NCBI GenBank assembly: GCA_047602425.1
Contig: JASGHG010000001.1
Location: forward strand, 768,001-832,000
Source of the DNA: Nibricoccus sp.
GTDB taxonomy: Bacteria > Verrucomicrobiota > Verrucomicrobiia > Opitutales > Opitutaceae
Length of the DNA: 64,000 bases
Direction: 5' to 3'
Both the position numbers and the translations under genes were made by a program. Positions 27,663-39,300 of this stretch are shown here, piece by piece; the stretch's first letter is position 1; the number at the start of each line of letters is the position of its first letter. The notes under the pieces are model-generated. The model was not told the origin of the DNA, did not search any database, and saw only the letters and a program-made list of their open reading frames with translations.

Positions 27663-29455
27663 GTTTCGCTGCGTTCCTCCGCCGGGCCCACGGTCTTGGG
27701 ATTGAGATTGTGCGCAGTGTTGATCAATCCCACGTGGGAAAAGGCCTGCGGCACATTCCCGAGTTGCCGTTTGGCGACCGGATCGTACTCCTCCGCCAGC
27801 AAGCCAACGTCATTACAAAGGCGGACGAGCCGTTCGAAAAGCGCCGAGGCGTCAGCGGACCGACCCATCAGATAGAAACAATCCGCCAGCCAGAAGGAGC
27901 ATGGCAGAAACGCGCCTTCACCGGGAGGCAGGCCGTCGACATCGCCCGACTCGGCGGTGCGATAACGCAGGACAAAGCCGCCCGACATTAATTCCTTCTC
28001 AATCAATTCCACGGTCGACACCATGCGCGGATCCCGCGCCGGGAGAAAACCTACCAGCGGCATCATCAGCACGCTCGCGTCGAGTTCGGCGGAGCCGTAA
28101 AACTGCGTGAATGCGCCTCTGGCTGTATTGAAACCCTGGTTACAGATTTCGTCGTGCATTTCCGCGCGCACCGATTTCCATCGCTCCACATCGCCCGAAA
28201 GTCCAAATTGCTCGACTGCCTTCACCGCGCGATCCAGCGCGACCCAGGCCATGACTTTCGAGTGGGTAAAGTGGCGGCGAGGTCCGCGAATTTCCCAGAT
28301 GCCTTCGTCGGGCTTTCGCCAATGCTCGATGACGAACTCGATCAAATGCTTTTGCAGATGCCACGAGATGTCATCTGTTTTCATCCCCGCAACGCGCGCT
28401 GCATGCATGGAGTCGATCACTTCGCCATAAACATCAAGCTGGAACTGCGAGGACGCGGCATTCCCGATTCTCACGGGTCGTGAATTTTCATAACCTTTCA
28501 AATGATCCAACTGAAACTCGGGCAGCGTCCTTTCCCCCGCCAGACCGTACATGATCTGCAATTTCGCCGGGTCGCCCGCCACCGCGCGCAGCAGCCACTC
28601 GCTCCAAGCGCGCGCCTCGTCGGTATACCCCGCTGACATGAATGCGTACAACGTGAAGGTCGAATCCCGCAGCCAGCAAAAACGATAATCCCAGTTGCGC
28701 ACTCCCCCGATAAACTCCGGGAGCGACGTGGTCGCCGCGGCCACGATTCCGCCGGTTGGCGCGTACGTGAGCGCCTTCAAGGTCAACAGCGATCGCATCA
28801 CCGCCGGACGCCAGCGGCCTCGGTAGGTGCAGCGTAACGCCCAGCTTTCCCAAGCGTTTCGCGTCCGTTCAAACGCGCGCCCCACGTCGATGAGCGCGAC
28901 TGGCGCTTCGTGGGAGGGATACCAGGTCAGGGCGAAGGCTTTTTTCTGGCCTTCGGCGATCGTGAAACGCGCAACGCTCGAAAGATCCTCGCCGTGAACA
29001 GGAACGTTGGAGCGAAGCGTCAATCCGTTCGGACCGGCAACCGCCAGCAGACTGCTTTCATCGAGATGCCGAACCCATGGAACTGTCTGGCCGTAGTCGA
29101 ATCGCACCGTCATTCGCATCTCCATCGGCACCACGCCTTTTATGCCTTCAACAATGCGCACGACTTCCCGATAGGGGCCTTCGATGGACATGAAATCCAC
29201 AATTTTCATCACGCCGCCTTCCGTGGTGAACTCCGTTTCCAAGATGAGCGTGTTCCCGAGATACGCGCGTTTCGTCTGCACAACGGGCACCGCCGGTGCG
29301 ATCCGCCAGAAGCCATTGCTCTCGTCGCCAAGCAAAGAGGCGAAACAGGCCTCTGAACCAAATCGAGGCGCGCAAAACCAGTCGATGGAACCGTTCAGGC
29401 CGACCAGGCATACCGTGTGCATGTCGCCGATCAAGGCGTAGTCTTCGATTTTCAT
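27659..29455 (-). CDS. GH15 glycoside hydrolase (trehalase/glucoamylase-like)
   Basis: IEDYALIGD, AAATTSLPE..GGVRNWDYRFCWLRD, QLDVYGE, PDEGIWE, GLLAEE, PQAFSH. Confidence 0.93.
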   Translation of the reverse strand: MKIEDYALIGDMHTVCLVGLNGSIDWFCAPRFGSEACFASLLGDESNGFWRIAPAVPVVQTKRAYLGNTLILETEFTTEGGVMKIVDFMSIEGPYREVVRIVEGIKGVVPMEMRMTVRFDYGQTVPWVRHLDESSLLAVAGPNGLTLRSNVPVHGEDLSSVARFTIAEGQKKAFALTWYPSHEAPVALIDVGRAFERTRNAWESWALRCTYRGRWRPAVMRSLLTLKALTYAPTGGIVAAATTSLPEFIGGVRNWDYRFCWLRDSTFTLYAFMSAGYTDEARAWSEWLLRAVAGDPAKLQIMYGLAGERTLPEFQLDHLKGYENSRPVRIGNAASSQFQLDVYGEVIDSMHAARVAGMKTDDISWHLQKHLIEFVIEHWRKPDEGIWEIRGPRRHFTHSKVMAWVALDRAVKAVEQFGLSGDVERWKSVRAEMHDEICNQGFNTARGAFTQFYGSAELDASVLMMPLVGFLPARDPRMVSTVELIEKELMSGGFVLRYRTAESGDVDGLPPGEGAFLPCSFWLADCFYLMGRSADASALFERLVRLCNDVGLLAEEYDPVAKRQLGNVPQAFSHVGLINTAHNLNPKTVGPAEERSET

Positions 29456-29457
29456 GG

Positions 29458-32268
29458 TTATTCCTTTTTATTGGTTCCTTCCAGGACGGCGAACGGCAAC
29501 TCCGCGCAAAGCGATCGCAGGTTCAATGGTTCGGCAGAAGGGAAAGTCCGGTCCGCAAAAATATCCCGCCATTGGCCGATGCCGTTCTGCGGAGGAAGCC
29601 GGGTGTCGTCCCAAATGAGCCCCAACGGTGGCGCGCCTATTTTCGCCGTGAGTCGCGGCACCACGACCAGCACGGCGGCGTCCTTCAAATTTCGCCGGAA
29701 AGCGATCACGTGGTCCTTATGAAGCCCCTCGGCCTCGAGCGGCTGGTAGTCGCCAGTGGCAAACAGCTCCGGCCTGCGTTGCCGCAGTTTTAGGAGCAGC
29801 TGCATGGTGCGCATTTTGACGCGGCCATCCCTCCAGTTTTCCACCAGGGAGACGAGGGGCATGTCGGTCACTTGTTCGAGCAGGCGCTGACGCAGCGCGA
29901 AATTTACTTCCCGGCGGTTGTCCGGATCGACCAGGCTAAAATCCCAAATTTCATTTCCCTGATAAAAATCGGGCACGCCCGGCACGGTGCACTTAAGCAC
30001 CAATTGTGTCAGCGAATTCACCATGCCCAGGCGGGCGATGCGCGCCGCCGCCGGCAAAAATGAAGTATAAAATTCCGGCGAGGCTGCGGGAGAACTCACG
30101 GCATCGCAGTATTTCTCGCAGGCCGCAAAGTAAGCTTCGTTGGCTTGCAGAATTGAGGTGTGGGATTTGGCCTCGCTGACCGCTTTCCGAAAATGCTCGC
30201 GAAGGCGTTGCTGGAGTGCCGGGCCCACTTCGTTTTCGTCGAGAGGCCAGACTCCCAGCAAAATTTGAAAAAACCGGTAGCGATCCTGCGCATCGGGCGC
30301 CGCTTCTCCGTCAAGCTGCGTGATATGCTGCTTCGTCAAAGCGTCCCATTCCACGACCCAGCCCGCCCATTCCTCGACCAATTCGGACAATCCATAAAGG
30401 CGGGCGCGCACGTCTTCGCTCAACTTTGTATCATGCGTCGAGGTCGTAAGCATGGAGTATGGGAAATTTGCAAGCCGCTGTTGATTGGCTCGGTGAAAGC
30501 CTTCGATGGTGCCTTTGCGAAGGCCGGGATTTCCCCCAACTTCGTTTAGCGCTATCAGCCGGTTGTAGTTATAAAAGGCCGTATCCTCGACCGCCTTCGC
30601 CATGACCGCGCCGGTGTATTGCTGGAAGGTGAGCACCCAGCTCAAAAGCGCGTCGCGGAAATCCTCGTCGGCATTGGCCGGGGGATAAACACCGACCAAA
30701 AGATCGCGGACAAATTCGAAAGGCTGGGGATCCGCTCTCGGGCTTCGCGCCAGGGACTTCGCGCACATTTCCTCCAGCACCGCGCAATCCGCGGCGGATG
30801 CCGTTTGTTGTCTCCTTCGGTAGGTTCGATAAACAGAAAGGTTCGCCATGAATTCCTCGACCACGCTCGTGATCTCCTGGCGCGTAAGGTCCTTCCAATA
30901 TCGATCCCCGGAGAGGATTTCCACCAGTTCCGAGCCGAGATTGCTGACTGCGTTGAGGAAGAGTTCCGAAATAATGAGCTTCTTCTTCCTATACACTATT
31001 TCCTCGAAGGTTTTTTTGTCCCCGGTGAACCGTTGGTAGATATCGTCAAGTTTGGCCTCGGTGTCCGGGTTGACCAGGACTTGGGCGAGTTGGGCGATAA
31101 ATTCGTAGCCGGTCGTGCCATGGGTCATCCAGCGGTCCGGCAGGGTTTCGTTTTGCGCCAGGATTTTTTCCACGACCACATAGAGCGGACGGGAGGCGTC
31201 CGGGCGGTCGAACGTTTGGAGCCGCTGCAAATAGTCTTCCGGCTGCCGCAAACCGTCGATGTGATCGATGCGCAAGCCCGCGACTTTTCCCTCCCGGACC
31301 AGCCGCGCAAGGAGGCCGTGGCATTCGCGAAAAACGTCATTCCGCTCCATGCGCAGGCCCACGAGGGTGTCGATCGCGAAAAAGCGGCGGTAATTGATTT
31401 CGTGCGCCCCGGTCTTCCATCGCGCCAGGCGATAATGCTGTTTCTCCAGCAGAGCGTGCAACTCGTCGTAGCTGGCGGGATCGCCTGGTTTTCCATTGAT
31501 CGTCTCCAACCGTTCGTCGAGTTTTCTCTTTATATCCGGATGAGCGGCGATGACTTCAACCAGCTCCTTTTTCAAACGCTCCACCGCCTCCGAACGTTGC
31601 GTGGTTACTTCCACCGGAGGTGCGTCGTCGAGCCTCGGAAGGTCGGCAAGCTCCATCAAGATCGCATGAATCTCCGCCGCACCGGGTTGCTCCGGCGGCA
31701 CAAGGGAATCCAGAATCCCCGAGTACGAACCTGGTCTTATCGGCAACGCCACTTCGCCATAACGGAGCGTGAAGCCATTGTCGTACACCAGCGCGATCTT
31801 GCCGCGTTCCAGCACCTTTCCGTAATGGTCTTCCAGCAGCGGAACCAGCACGCGCGGCCGCCCGTGACTTGTCCCGGAGTTCCAGCGAATGTCAAAAAAG
31901 CGCGCATAAGGCGACATCCGACCGTTTTCGAGGACATCGAACCACCACTTGTTCAGCACGCCGGCGATTCCCATGTGGTTCGGCACGAAATCGAGGATGA
32001 TCTCGCACCCCGCCGTTTTCAACTTCTTGACGAGTATATCGAACCCATCACCACCTCCAATATCCGGATTTATATTGAGATAATCCGTGACGTCATAGCC
32101 GTGCGTACTGCCAGGAGTCGCGGTGAAAACCGGAGACAAATAAAGATCCGATATTCCCAGTTCCGTGAAGTATGGAACCAGTGCGCCCAGGTCGTTGAAC
32201 GTGAAACGTCCGTTGAGTTGCACGCGGTAGGTGCATTTGGGAACGTGACTGGTTTCCAAGCGTGGCAT
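29458..32268 (-). CDS. treY: Malto-oligosyltrehalose synthase (GH13)
   Basis: TYRVQL, GSTHGYDV, DFVPNHM, INYRRFF, GLRIDHIDGL, VEKIL, MAKAVEDTAFY, TSTHDTKLSEDVRAR, SLVDPDNRR. Confidence 0.96.
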   Translation of the reverse strand: MPRLETSHVPKCTYRVQLNGRFTFNDLGALVPYFTELGISDLYLSPVFTATPGSTHGYDVTDYLNINPDIGGGDGFDILVKKLKTAGCEIILDFVPNHMGIAGVLNKWWFDVLENGRMSPYARFFDIRWNSGTSHGRPRVLVPLLEDHYGKVLERGKIALVYDNGFTLRYGEVALPIRPGSYSGILDSLVPPEQPGAAEIHAILMELADLPRLDDAPPVEVTTQRSEAVERLKKELVEVIAAHPDIKRKLDERLETINGKPGDPASYDELHALLEKQHYRLARWKTGAHEINYRRFFAIDTLVGLRMERNDVFRECHGLLARLVREGKVAGLRIDHIDGLRQPEDYLQRLQTFDRPDASRPLYVVVEKILAQNETLPDRWMTHGTTGYEFIAQLAQVLVNPDTEAKLDDIYQRFTGDKKTFEEIVYRKKKLIISELFLNAVSNLGSELVEILSGDRYWKDLTRQEITSVVEEFMANLSVYRTYRRRQQTASAADCAVLEEMCAKSLARSPRADPQPFEFVRDLLVGVYPPANADEDFRDALLSWVLTFQQYTGAVMAKAVEDTAFYNYNRLIALNEVGGNPGLRKGTIEGFHRANQQRLANFPYSMLTTSTHDTKLSEDVRARLYGLSELVEEWAGWVVEWDALTKQHITQLDGEAAPDAQDRYRFFQILLGVWPLDENEVGPALQQRLREHFRKAVSEAKSHTSILQANEAYFAACEKYCDAVSSPAASPEFYTSFLPAAARIARLGMVNSLTQLVLKCTVPGVPDFYQGNEIWDFSLVDPDNRREVNFALRQRLLEQVTDMPLVSLVENWRDGRVKMRTMQLLLKLRQRRPELFATGDYQPLEAEGLHKDHVIAFRRNLKDAAVLVVVPRLTAKIGAPPLGLIWDDTRLPPQNGIGQWRDIFADRTFPSAEPLNLRSLCAELPFAVLEGTNKKE

Positions 32269-32289
32269 GGTTAAAATTCCGCCGCTGAC

Positions 32290-34434
32290 TCATGAAGCTT
32301 GTTTCCTCGCGAGCAGGGCAAAAGATCGGCCGGTCATGCGCAGCATCTTCGTACCGCCCCAGCGCTTGCGCCCCCCCGTGTCGAAAACGAGGTTCCAGCG
32401 GCCTAACAGGTGTTGTTTGGGAAGGTAAAATTCCACCTCTTCGTGATGCGCGTTGAGCAGAATAAGGAAGTCATCGTCCTTAACCGGACAGCCCGCGTCG
32501 TCGCGGATCTCCGCGGCAAATCCCGGCAGCAACATGCCCAGCGTTCTCATCCACCCGCCGTTCTGCCAGTCCTCCTCTTTCATTTCCTCGCCATCCGCGC
32601 GATACCATTGCACGTGACTATTGGCGATCAGGAGTCCGGCATCCTTCTCGCGAAAACTGCGACGCCGAAAATTCGGATGCTCGGACCGCAGCGCGCTCAC
32701 GCGACAAGCAAAATCGAAAAAAGTCCGCGCCCGCTCGTCCCATTCCCAGTTCATCCAGGACAGTTCGTTGTCCTGGCAATAGGAGTTGTTGTTGCCTTTC
32801 TGTGTGCGTCCGTATTCGTCGCCGCCACAGATCATCGGGATGCCCTGGGAAAGCAGGAGCGAGGACCACAAATTTCGTTTTTGTCTTTCCCTCAATTCAA
32901 TGATTCCGGCGTCGTCGGTTTCGCCTTCGTGGCCGCAATTCCATGAATTGTTATCGTCGGTCCCGTCCCGATTTTCGTCGAGATTGGCTTCGTTGTGTTT
33001 CTGGTCGTAACTCACGAGGTCGTGCAATGTGAAGCCGTCATGCGCGGTAATAAAGTTGATGCTCGCCGATGGCAGCCGTCCGCTCGGTTCGTAGAGGTCG
33101 GAGCTGCCGCCGAGCCGCGTGGCGATTTCCGAGTGCATGCCCATGTCGCCCTTCCAAAAGCGGCGCACGGTGTCGCGGTACTTTCCGTTCCACTCCGCCC
33201 AGCCCACGGGAAAATTTCCAACTTGATAGCCGCCTTCGCCGAGGTCCCATGGTTCGGCGATCAGTTTCACCGTGGCGAGCGTGGGATCCTGATACAGGGT
33301 GTCGAAGAAAGCGCCGAGCTTGTTGACGTCCTTCAATTCGCGCGCCAAAGCGGCCGCCAGATCGAAACGAAAACCGTCCACATGCATATGGGTCACCCAG
33401 TAGCGAAGACTGTCCATTAGCATCCGCAGCGAATGGGGGCTCGTCATATTCAACGTATTCCCGCAACCCGTGTAATCCATATAGTAGCGGGGATCCTCGG
33501 GCACCGTGCGATAGTAATCGAGATTGTCGATACCGCGAAAAGACAATGTCGGCCCCGCGTGGTTTCCCTCTGCGGTATGGTTATAAACGACATCGAGGAT
33601 CACTTCGAAGCCGGCATTGTGAAATCGCTTAACCATTTCCTTGAACTCACGCACAACACCGGCGGGATCCTTTTGTGCGGCGTAACAAGGTTCCGGCGAA
33701 AAAAATCCAAGCGTGTTATAGCCCCAGTAGTTTCTCAGCCCTTTCTCCACCAGGTGCCGGTCTTGGACAAAATAGTGGACGGGCATCAGCTCCACGGTCG
33801 TCACGTTGAGCTTCCGCAGGTGCTCTAATATCGGATCCGAAGCCATCGCGGCGTAGGTGCCCCGCAATGCTTCCGGAATCGCGGGGTGGCGCACCGTCAT
33901 GCCTTTGACATGCGCCTCGTAAATGACGGTGTTGTGCCAGGCGATTGCGGGGCGTTGTTCGTCGCTCCAATCGAAGCTTTCGTCAATCACCACGCCCAGC
34001 GGGGCGAACGGCGCGCTGTCGCGATCGTCGAAGGAAAGATCGCCGTCGCCGTGTCCGATTTTGTATCCAAAAAGTTCATCGCTCCAACGAAGTTCGCGGC
34101 CGATCGCCTTGGCATATGGATCGAGCAACAGCTTGTTGTGATTAAAACGGAGACCGTCTTTCGGCGAATAGGGTCCATAGACGCGGTAACCGTACAATTG
34201 CCCAGGTCCAAGACCCGGCAGATAGATATGCCAGACGCCATTGGTTCGCTCGCGAAGCCGGATGCGGCGGGACTCCCGGATCTGCTCCCGGGAATCGAAC
34301 AAGCAAAGTTCGACGGCGTCCGACGAAGCGGAATACAGGGCGAAATTCACACCTTCGCCATCCCAGACCGCTCCTTGCGGGAAAGGTTTTCCCGGACGTT
34401 CTGTGGCGCTATGCGGATGCTGTCGTTTTTCCAT
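32290..34434 (-). CDS. glgX: Glycogen debranching enzyme GlgX/TreX (GH13 isoamylase)
   Basis: NYWGYNT, DVVYNHTAEG, DGFRFDLA, KLIAEPWD, NFITAHDGFTL, GNNNSYCQDN; start probably ATG 34434 (alternative 34533). Confidence 0.95.
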   Translation of the reverse strand: MEKRQHPHSATERPGKPFPQGAVWDGEGVNFALYSASSDAVELCLFDSREQIRESRRIRLRERTNGVWHIYLPGLGPGQLYGYRVYGPYSPKDGLRFNHNKLLLDPYAKAIGRELRWSDELFGYKIGHGDGDLSFDDRDSAPFAPLGVVIDESFDWSDEQRPAIAWHNTVIYEAHVKGMTVRHPAIPEALRGTYAAMASDPILEHLRKLNVTTVELMPVHYFVQDRHLVEKGLRNYWGYNTLGFFSPEPCYAAQKDPAGVVREFKEMVKRFHNAGFEVILDVVYNHTAEGNHAGPTLSFRGIDNLDYYRTVPEDPRYYMDYTGCGNTLNMTSPHSLRMLMDSLRYWVTHMHVDGFRFDLAAALARELKDVNKLGAFFDTLYQDPTLATVKLIAEPWDLGEGGYQVGNFPVGWAEWNGKYRDTVRRFWKGDMGMHSEIATRLGGSSDLYEPSGRLPSASINFITAHDGFTLHDLVSYDQKHNEANLDENRDGTDDNNSWNCGHEGETDDAGIIELRERQKRNLWSSLLLSQGIPMICGGDEYGRTQKGNNNSYCQDNELSWMNWEWDERARTFFDFACRVSALRSEHPNFRRRSFREKDAGLLIANSHVQWYRADGEEMKEEDWQNGGWMRTLGMLLPGFAAEIRDDAGCPVKDDDFLILLNAHHEEVEFYLPKQHLLGRWNLVFDTGGRKRWGGTKMLRMTGRSFALLARKQAS

Positions 34435-34770
34435 GGGCTTTCCCTTCGTAATTTCCGGGACGCCCTGTTTCACCGCATGAAATGGATTGCGAGGCGAAGC
34501 CAGCTGCGGAGCTAGTGTTTTGGATGTATTCAAATGTTTTCAAAATAAAAATGTGAGGGGCGGATTGAATGAACAATCGCGCCCGATTTTCACACACCAA
34601 GATCGAGGAAGTGGCGGAACAGTCCGCAGAAGAATATAAAATATATCTATATAAGCTTGCGAAAACACTGGCTGTTCGCGCTGCGGGGCTCGCTCTCAAA
34701 CGGCGCGAGCTCCGACGCGGACGAAAAACAGTGCTGGACAAGCGTCTCCTGCCTTCCCGCCAAAAATTGG

Positions 34771-35100
34771 TCAGGACTTGACGGTGATATTGTTGATCAC
34801 CTTCTGCACACCGGCCACGCCCTTTGCGACAACCTCCGCCTGCTTCTTTTGCTCCTTGGTGTCTACGAAGCCGCTGAGCGAAACCGTACCTTTGAAGGTC
34901 TCGACTTTCACGTCGATGGCGCTGACCGTGCTATCGTTGGCGAGAGCGCCTTTTACTTTCGCGGTGGTCGCTGCGTCATCCACATACTCGCCGGTGCTTT
35001 CGCGAGTGGAGGTTCCCGCGCAGCCGCCGTACTGAAACGCCGCGAAAAATGCGGCGACGATGATAATCCAGAGAGATGAACGATTATATTTTGTGGTCAT
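34771..35100 (-). CDS. BON-domain (OsmY-like) lipoprotein
   Basis: Signal with YGGC lipobox; STGEYVDDAATTAKVK..VETFKGTVSLSGFV..GVQKVINNI. Confidence 0.9.
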   Translation of the reverse strand: MTTKYNRSSLWIIIVAAFFAAFQYGGCAGTSTRESTGEYVDDAATTAKVKGALANDSTVSAIDVKVETFKGTVSLSGFVDTKEQKKQAEVVAKGVAGVQKVINNITVKS

Positions 35101-35650
35101 AGTATTTATATTACGCCAAAAATATAGCCCTTCCCTCGCCCGTCCCCAATCGAGACCGCTTAGGTAAAATTTCCCGGGGAACCTCCCCCGGGGCCACCGG
35201 AAATTTCCCTATGCTCAATTGCATCGGACTGACCGCGTTTGTCTTGTCGAAGGCTCATGCGGGCCGCTTGCAATTATGCAAACTATGATCTCCTTACGCA
35301 GTTCACTCACAGCGAATTGAGCAGGCGCTGCGCCCACCACTCTTGGCAGGGATTTCCGCGCGCCCCCGCCCCTATTCGGACCATGCCTATTTACGAAATC
35401 AGCCCGCTTCGCGCTTTTTATTTCACCCTCCCTCTGATCATTCTAAGGAGGGCGTTCCACGCCCTTCTTGAAGGGCCTCTGGGTTTGCAGGTCGGAGCGA
35501 CGAGGAGGAGAAATGGGGCTGCAGCGCTGGGGTTGCAAAGCACACCAAGCATATCAGCGGTGGACAAAAACCTAGTCGGAAAGCCGTTCTGAAAAGCCCC
35601 GGGCTTTATGCTAATAATGACTGGAATGCTTTGAATAATGATTTAGTAAT

Positions 35651-36316
35651 ATGGTGTATAGAGTGACAATATATAGAATTGTGGCCCAACTTAGCTGGGT
35701 CCGCAGAATCATAGTCGGTTTATTCGTCGTGATTATTTGGGATATATCAAATTCCAATGCTTATGCTGCATATCCCTCGGAATATGAATTGAAGGCGATT
35801 TTTGTCCTCAACTTCGCTCGGTTCAATACCTGGCCTCAAAGCGTCCTCCCCTCCGATAATACTCCGCTAATCGTCGGCGTGCTCGGTGCCGATCCCTTCG
35901 GCGACGCGCTGACTTCCGCCTTCCAAGGTGAACAAGTGGCGGGTCACACGTTGGAAATTCGCCACTTCACGCGGCGCGACAATTATAAAAATTGTCATTT
36001 GTTGTTCATCTCCCGTTCGGAGGCTGCGCACTTGTCGCAGATTTTTTCCGCGTTGAGCGGAAGCCATGTGCTCACCGTGAGCGACATTGATCAATTCGTC
36101 TATAAGGACGGCATGATCGGCATGTTGATGGAACAGAATCGCGTCAAAGTTGAGGTTAACTATGAACAAACCCGCCGCGAGGGACTTGAGCTCAGCGCAA
36201 AACTGCTGAAAGTATCATTCGTCTTGCGCAAGGGGCTGCATTCCATGATTTCGACATTCACTCAGGCTTTTTGGCGCGGTGAACGGCTTCCCACCGTTGC
36301 ATGCACGATCAAATAG
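35651..36316 (+). CDS. yfiR: YfiR-family (DUF4154) periplasmic protein
   Basis: EYELKAIFVLNFARFNTWP, GVLGADPFG, CHLLFIS, VLTVSD, GMIG, LELSAKLLK. Confidence 0.88.
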   Translation: MVYRVTIYRIVAQLSWVRRIIVGLFVVIIWDISNSNAYAAYPSEYELKAIFVLNFARFNTWPQSVLPSDNTPLIVGVLGADPFGDALTSAFQGEQVAGHTLEIRHFTRRDNYKNCHLLFISRSEAAHLSQIFSALSGSHVLTVSDIDQFVYKDGMIGMLMEQNRVKVEVNYEQTRREGLELSAKLLKVSFVLRKGLHSMISTFTQAFWRGERLPTVACTIK

Positions 36317-36341
36317 AATTTCCGCCGTTTCATTCGCTCCC

Positions 36342-39300
36342 ATGCCGACCACCTGGCTCCGCAATCTACCTGTCCAGAAAAAGCTGGGCTTTGCCATGCT
36401 CGTCACGAGCTTGGTGGCGCTTCTGGTGGCATGCGCCGTGTTTGTCGGGCTGGAACACGTCGATTACAAAAGAAATCTGACGGAGACGGTAAACACGTTG
36501 GGGCGCATCACCGCCGAAAATTGCACCGCGGCCCTCGCCTTTTCCGACCAACGCACGGCGGAGCAGACTTTGGAAACGCTCCTGGCCGAGCCACAAATCG
36601 TCGGCGCCATCCTGTACGACACCAATGGCAACGTGTTTGCTCGCTTCTCGCCTAAACCAGATCAACTGCTACAAAAAGTTTCCAACGCGGCAGGGGTGCG
36701 TGTTGAAGATGGCTACGTGATTGGTGTGCAGCCGGTGATGGAGGGCTCGCGCCTGCTGGGGACGCTTTATTTGCAGGCGAGCATGGATACGTTGTACCAG
36801 CGCTTCCGCCGTTCGGCCATGATCGCCGCCGGGATCCTTACGCTATCGATCGCCCTGGCCTGGCAAATCGCGTCGATTCTCCGTTTAACGCTCGCACAAC
36901 CGATTCTCGAACTCGTGCAAACGGCCGATGCCGTTTCTGTCTATCAGGACTTCGGCCGGAGAGCCCGCCAGTTTGGCAATGACGAACTGGGCCGGCTCAC
37001 TGTCGCGTTTAACGCCATGCTCGAACGCACGCAAAACGCCGTCCGGGCCTTGCGCGAAAGCGAATGGACTCACCGCGAACTGGTGCGCGCGCTTCCGATC
37101 GCCGCCTACATGTGCGATGTCCGGGGGAAAATAACGCTCTACAATGACGCGGCCCTCAACCTTTGGGGGCGCGCCCCCGAAGTCGGCATCGAATCCATCG
37201 ACCAGGTCATGAAGATATCGAGAGTCGACGGCTCACCGTTGCCGAACAAGGCAACTACCGTTGCCGATCCAGCTCACCCCGGCAACCTGCCCGAGGGCGA
37301 GGAGATTTTGATTGAACGTCCCGATGGCACACGGCGCAGTGTCATGCCATATCCCCGCGTGATGCGGAATACCAATGGCCAAGTCGTAGGCCACGTGACC
37401 ATGCTGCTCGACATCACCGACCAGAAAAAAGCCGATGCGGATGCGCGGCGACTGGCCGCCATCGTCGCATCGTCCGACGATGCCATCATCGGAAAAGACC
37501 TTAACGGAATCATCACGTCCTGGAACCACGGTGCGCAGGTCCTCTTCGGTTACACCGCCGAAGAAATGGTGGGCCAGTCGATCATGACCTTGATTCCCCA
37601 AGGCAAAGAGCCGGAAGAGCAAAACATCCTCGGACGGCTCAAACACAACGAGTTTACAAAATACGAAGAAACCGTGCGCCGGCGAAAAGACGGTTCCCTG
37701 ATCCACGTGTCGATCACTGTCTCGCCCGTACACGATCGCCAGGGACGCATCGTCGGCGGCTCAAAAATCGCTCACGACATCACGGCAAGAAAACACGCGG
37801 AACGTCAGGCCAATTTCGTCTACGAACTCAGCCATCGCCTCAGCACAGTCACCGATCCCGATGAAACGATTCGGGTCATTTCGCGCGAAGTCGGCCTGCA
37901 CATGGGAGTCGATCGCTGTTTCTTTTGCCTGCTCGACCCGACCGGGACACAAAGCGTGGTCAAAGAGGATTGGGCGCGGGAGGGGTTTCGCTCCATCACG
38001 GGAATCCATCGCTCCGTCGACTTCGGCACACCCGAACTTTGGCGCCAGCTCTCCACCGGACCTCACGCGGTCAACGACACGGCCGAAAACCCGATTATCC
38101 TTAACCACGGGCCAGGTTACGGAGCGCTCAAAATTGCGTCGCATCTCAGCGTGCCTTTTATCCGCAACGATAAATGGATCGCCACGCTGGCGGTCGCTTG
38201 CGGCAAGCCTCGGATATGGAAACGGGAGGAAACTGAGTTTTTGGAAAACGTCCTCGCCCGCGTCTGGCCCATGGTCGAACGCGCCATCAGCCAGCGCGAG
38301 TTGCAGGAAAGCGAGCGCCGCCAACGCGAGCTCATGCAGGCCCTGCCCGTGCCCTGCTACACCATGGACCGCCAGGGAAGACTCTCGTTCTTCAACGATG
38401 CCGCGGAACAACTTTGGGAAAAGAAGCCGTCTTTGGGCGATAGCGATTGGTTTACCTTGCTGTCTTCCCACGAAACCCCGCTTTCCTTCGAAGATTCTCC
38501 CGCGGGGATTGCTATGATAGAAAGACACCCGGTTCGCGGCGTGGAGGGCGTCGTGCTTCGGCCGGACGGATCGAAACGTTGGGTGATCCTGCATTCGGAC
38601 CCGATTTTTGAACAGCCGGGCGAATGCTCGGGCGTGGTCAACGTCGTCCTGGATGTCACGGCGGAACGCACAGCTCAGCTCAAGGTTAGAAAGACCGCCG
38701 AGCATTTGAGCCTCGCGATCGCGTCGGCCAAGTTGGGCGATTGGAGCTGGGACCCGGTTTCGGATCGTTTGACGCTTTCCAAGCGCACCGCGGAAATTTT
38801 CGGCGTGCCCCACGCCACCGACCTCAAGCGCGCTCAGATGAAGCACTTGATTCACAAAGATGACCAGCCACGTTCGGAAGCGGCGATGGCGCGAGCGCTG
38901 AAAAATCACAGCGACTACGACATCGAATACCGGATCACGTGGTCCGACGATACGGTCCATTGGGTCGCAGCGAAAGGCCGTCCGATTTTTGGAAAAGATG
39001 GCGAAGTGCAGGCCATGGTCGGCGTCGTTCAGGATATCACCGAACGAAAGGAACAGGCCCAAAAATTGAGCGATCTTGCGAATGAAATCGAGGAGCAGGC
39101 ACGTCTGTTCGATGCCATTCTTTCGAATCTCACGGATCACGCCTATGCGTTCGGCCCCGATGGACGCTACATTTTCGCCAACCGGCCGTTGCTCGAAGCC
39201 CTTCACAGCCGGATGGAAGAGGTGGTCGGCAAAAATGCGCTGGAACTCGGCTTCCCCGTCGAACTAGCCCAACAGATACAAAACCAAATCCGAACGGTCA

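Noticed and set aside
30619..32274. 551-aa plus-strand ORF
   Set aside because: Antisense to treY
37761..39206. 481-aa minus-strand ORF
   Set aside because: Antisense to the hybrid kinase
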